Shown here: one piece after another, positions 22,001 through 24,000 of the stretch
Layout of the letters: every line of letters begins with the position of its first letter
How positions within the stretch are numbered: the stretch's first letter is position 1
Assembly (NCBI RefSeq): GCF_900111355.1
Contig: NZ_FOHA01000025.1
Coordinates: 1-24,000, forward strand
Direction of reading: 5' to 3'
DNA: 24,000 bases
DNA from: Isobaculum melis
GTDB lineage: Bacteria; Bacillota; Bacilli; Lactobacillales; Carnobacteriaceae
Program-made: the position numbers and the translations under genes
Notes under the pieces: generated by a model
Seen by the model: the letters and a program-made list of their open reading frames with translations, nothing else
What the model was told of the DNA's origin: nothing
Databases searched by the model: none

Positions 22001-24000
22001 AACCAATGGCAACTACTACCACAACACCAGCTGGAACCATTCAAGGTGCCTATAGCTTTATTGACTTACCATATGACAACTACAAGATTCGTCTAACTTT
22101 ACCTAAAAATGCCACATTTATTCAAGATGGACTTTCTGGTTTAGAAATTGATGCACAAGATGAAACTTATGCTTGGGTGAAAAAGAATGATAAAACCACC
22201 TTTACTTTATCAGATATTTCAGGTGTTGGTACAAAGACTATCGCTGATTTAGATGCAGCAATTTATGCAACAACGCCATTAAATGGGAAAGTTGTTTTCG
22301 TAGATAAAGAAGGTCACGTTGTAGAAGGTGCAACTTATGGGGCTAACTATGAAGTAAGCTTAGAAAATGCAGCTGGAAAAGAAATTGCAACAACTAAAGC
22401 GGATGCTGAAGGGAATTATGAATTTCTTGATTTAGTGATCCCAGCGAAGGCTGATTATCAAGTCGTCTTTAAAGCCCCAGCAGATGCTACCTTTGTATTC
22501 TCTGATAAAAATGCGAAGACAACTGGTAAGCTAGCTATTCAATTAATACCGGGAGAAGGTATTGGCGCAAATGATATCAGCGATATTTACATTACAGATA
22601 CAGATTTGCCAACAGGAGAAATTGTTTTTGATGAAGGAAAAGGACTTGATCAAGCATTTAATCCAACAAAAGCAACGATTACACCAGCTGATGAAACAAC
22701 TAGTACGACTTTTGTTTGGGCGCTTAAAGATGCGAGTAACAAAGTACTTTATACGGGCACAAATGCCACGATTACCAGTCAATTAGGTTATTTATTAAGT
22801 GATAAAAAAGATGGTGTCTATACATTAGAGGCTATCGTGACAGATGCAGCGCTAAATACTGCAACCATCACTAAAACATTGACCGTTTTAACAACGAACC
22901 CTGAGCTGATGGTAGAAAAAGATGCTGATACATTAGAATTTGGAGAGCCAAAATTAACAAAAGCTACTATTTTAGCTCGTTATGGCGTCACTGCAAAAGA
23001 CTGTTTAGGAAATGACATCACTGAAGCAGGATTTACCATTGATGATTCAGAAGTTCATTACAATCAATTAGGCACCTATTCGATTAAAGTTACTGTTAGT
23101 GATCAAGCGGAAAACAAACAAACGAAAGAGCTTACCATAACGATTGTAGATACCTTAGCACCAACTGTATCGGCGAAAACAAATCCAATCACTTTAAATA
23201 CTAATGAAGCAGCTTATCAAAACTTAACAGAAGCTTCATTATATGAATTGGCAACGGTCACTGCAGTTGATCAGTTTGATGGGACTGAAAATGCTTGGTC
23301 AGCTAAAAATATGACCTTTACGTCTAATTTCAATAAAGCAGATTTGACACCAAGCTTGACAGGAGAAAATCATGTTGTTGAAATCACTGCAACCGATTCA
23401 AATCAGAATCAATCAGTTGTTTTCTCTTTAAATGTGATTGTAATAGATGATACTGCACCTACCTTTAAAGTAACGGATCAAATCTATACTTTAGGGGAAA
23501 CAAGTACAGAAGAGCAATTTAAAGAAAAAGCACTTAGTGAAATCAAGGATGATTATAATCAACCGCAAGACTTAATCATTACAACTACTTTTGATCAAGT
23601 AGACTTTGAAACACCAGGAGACTATCCAGTAGAAGTTACGATTAGTGATGCTGCTGGTAATCAAACAATGCAGCAAGTGATGGTGAAAGTCATTGCAGCA
23701 CCAGTAATCGTAGCAAATGAAACGATTCAATATGAAGTGAAAAGTGCTAAAAATGAAGCAGACTTTTTACAAGATGCAGCAGTTTCAGTTTCAACAAGAC
23801 CAGAAGGTGGCACTGTTACAACGACAACAGACTTTACTCAAACAGTTGATTTCAATCAGCTTGGAGAATATGTAGTGACCATTACAGCGGTAGATGAAAA
23901 TCAGTTAACAGCTACCAAAGAAGTCAAGGTTAACGTAGTAGATACCACTAAACCGGAGATTAGCCAAGAGACTGTACAACAAGTCACCTATGATTTAGGT
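19066..24000 (+). CDS. Very large secreted/cell-surface adhesin-like protein, C-terminus beyond window (partial)
   Basis: I translated this frame by hand. ATG 19066 follows the RBS AAGGAGG, and the frame stays open for all 1,645 codons to the window end.
- Signal peptide: MNKNKIGKIGLIGMVCILIFSQTNLSVLA.
- An acidic Glu-rich linker follows.
- A DUF11-like conserved-repeat motif (TVDYRYTITNNGTQGIHNFEMIDILP, ~21.37-21.8 kb).
- Two SdrD-B/Cna-B-like domains, including a DxNxNGxxD Ca-loop (MDLNKNGNKDTNEPGYNGVKVELF, ~21.89-22.51 kb).
- At least 5 tandem Ig-like (DUF5011-type) repeats.

The gene is absent from the ORF track only because it has no stop codon in the window. Confidence 0.85.
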   Translation, partial: MNKNKIGKIGLIGMVCILIFSQTNLSVLAMFNTTESETEKPLTVEEQTETFIDDEKVENQESVTGEEAEAELPSDAETEVVEEASDLVKDLKTVGFSLESSLDKNTLDLDATSVNDQQVKVTFNITHLDTTSKLNNGVLVIDFSDTNLVLVENSYPTSSTSIKSATYSKSEKKLTVTFKDNINGSFDFPFLVEASIVAKTGDQYQIKATMNGTNAAGEAYTEVKNETEKIAITGTSKDYIEADSESIKKWKLNSSFANPSGYPGQYLDQYAAIASGSMLHFTNLKVEKDYNGLKSWQTPREMSVIATGNKGEVIQDDDEKKIALFGEQNLEKISLFDSSNIPLDVAAGTYSVTYHIYNDDIYLFSITKKTVVKEAGTVLTYLSNALGNQKIGTQDKFNWKYRLHASGGPELPKNITMTFKIPEGVQLLTYGIESTMTVGKLEYEQNNTGNWQVVPNNTVDFSTIENLTRLRVTAKDGTLAPPSFGNIRLQNVSVPAGSDIHLITESIQYTDTFGETHDLVQETENAAFDVTVQVTDTSLNEGASRISTAVTPLSDRAKFPENPIYNGFSYSEALKIGARQGEPFSQPYAFMILPKGFVVSQIPFNYIGTNMLTGLNILDVRLPYYSNPSSPGQGKMERKTLSDGRTIQYVVAPDTELQGTAAHLEYLLGGFTIRAENAKAGDYQIEYGMGSLTQDDYEVVEANGLTEETLPAEIKEVLGAKANSYLTMSKPITVGALNGVSTEAAIKGSENPDFLDGTAKTASSMPGRTVDYRYTITNNGTQGIHNFEMIDILPHLNDTFITNNNARGSEYAVNATDSIQVAVNGKNAGATLEYATTYTPARFDGAGADVPGDKWSTTKPADITKVKAIRVVLTQPLEPGDKVTLSYTGILPVDAPRNGEIASNTIAYRGNIQNNEGQSISTTALELSKTNVAAVAPVNDGALSGNIFMDLNKNGNKDTNEPGYNGVKVELFKASDLTKPMATTTTTPAGTIQGAYSFIDLPYDNYKIRLTLPKNATFIQDGLSGLEIDAQDETYAWVKKNDKTTFTLSDISGVGTKTIADLDAAIYATTPLNGKVVFVDKEGHVVEGATYGANYEVSLENAAGKEIATTKADAEGNYEFLDLVIPAKADYQVVFKAPADATFVFSDKNAKTTGKLAIQLIPGEGIGANDISDIYITDTDLPTGEIVFDEGKGLDQAFNPTKATITPADETTSTTFVWALKDASNKVLYTGTNATITSQLGYLLSDKKDGVYTLEAIVTDAALNTATITKTLTVLTTNPELMVEKDADTLEFGEPKLTKATILARYGVTAKDCLGNDITEAGFTIDDSEVHYNQLGTYSIKVTVSDQAENKQTKELTITIVDTLAPTVSAKTNPITLNTNEAAYQNLTEASLYELATVTAVDQFDGTENAWSAKNMTFTSNFNKADLTPSLTGENHVVEITATDSNQNQSVVFSLNVIVIDDTAPTFKVTDQIYTLGETSTEEQFKEKALSEIKDDYNQPQDLIITTTFDQVDFETPGDYPVEVTISDAAGNQTMQQVMVKVIAAPVIVANETIQYEVKSAKNEADFLQDAAVSVSTRPEGGTVTTTTDFTQTVDFNQLGEYVVTITAVDENQLTATKEVKVNVVDTTKPEISQETVQQVTYDLG
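22600..24000 (+). repeat. Tandem divergent protein-domain repeats (about 81-99 aa, Ig-like/DUF5011-type) inside the adhesin gene
   Basis: Each unit contains G-x-Y-x-V/I-x-V/I-T-x-x-D-x-x-x-N and ends in V-D-T-x-x-P-x-V/I:
- DGVYTLEAIVTDAALN (unit 0)
- LGTYSIKVTVSDQAEN...IVDTLAPTV (22897-23169)
- NHVVEITATDSNQN...VIDDTAPTF (23170-23466)
- PGDYPVEVTISDAAGN...VIAAPVI (23467-23709)
- LGEYVVTITAVDENQ...VVDTTKPEI (23710-23961)

A further unit starts at 23962. The repeats are diverged at the DNA level. Confidence 0.7.

Noticed and set aside
22543-22786. Two short mutually antisense ORFs (79 aa on the - strand, 74 aa on the + strand) listed in the track.
   Set aside because: Both are out of frame within the long open frame of the adhesin gene (19066 onward). 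Their Cys/Arg/Ile-rich translations look non-genic.
1-24000. A search for a defence island, CRISPR array, tRNA/rRNA genes, an IS element or prophage hallmarks.
   Set aside because: I saw no direct-repeat/spacer array, no transposase-, integrase-, nuclease-, helicase- or methyltransferase-like ORFs, no terminal inverted repeats flanking a block, and no cloverleaf-capable GC-rich segment. Every long ORF is accounted for by metabolic, transport, regulatory or surface-protein families.

Overview
This is an AT-rich, Gram-positive chromosomal segment. RBS style, codon usage and gene content look like Lactobacillales or Enterococcus, but the taxon cannot be verified from the sequence alone.

**Left third (1-7.8 kb).** Unrelated singletons and small modules:
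- a DUF1433-like membrane-anchored protein
- a lactonase plus Gfo/Idh/MocA oxidoreductase pair
- a lone TagF-type CDP-glycerol glycerophosphotransferase
- an orphan PTS EIIA(glucitol)-like protein
- an AI-2E family transporter
- a membrane-tethered XRE regulator with a small membrane protein

**Centre (about 7.8-16.7 kb).** The most interesting content is nine co-directional genes. Eight correspond to the functionally unassigned E. coli yhfS-yhfT-yhfU-php-yhfW-yhfX-yhfY-yhfZ set, and one extra gene is amidase-signature-like. Two near-identical 24-bp palindromes precede the cluster. It also contains an internal promoter/hairpin region and a split regulator: a GntR-like YhfZ plus a PRD-only YhfY.

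**Right third.** A divergent Lrp/AsnC regulator and kynureninase pair, with an unlisted 45-codon membrane peptide ORF. It is followed by a signal-peptide-bearing surface adhesin that stays open for 1,645 codons to the window edge. That adhesin is missing from the ORF track because it has no stop codon in the window.

I saw no rRNA, tRNA, CRISPR array, transposase, integrase or recognisable defence genes. All family assignments come from reading motifs by eye. No database search was run.
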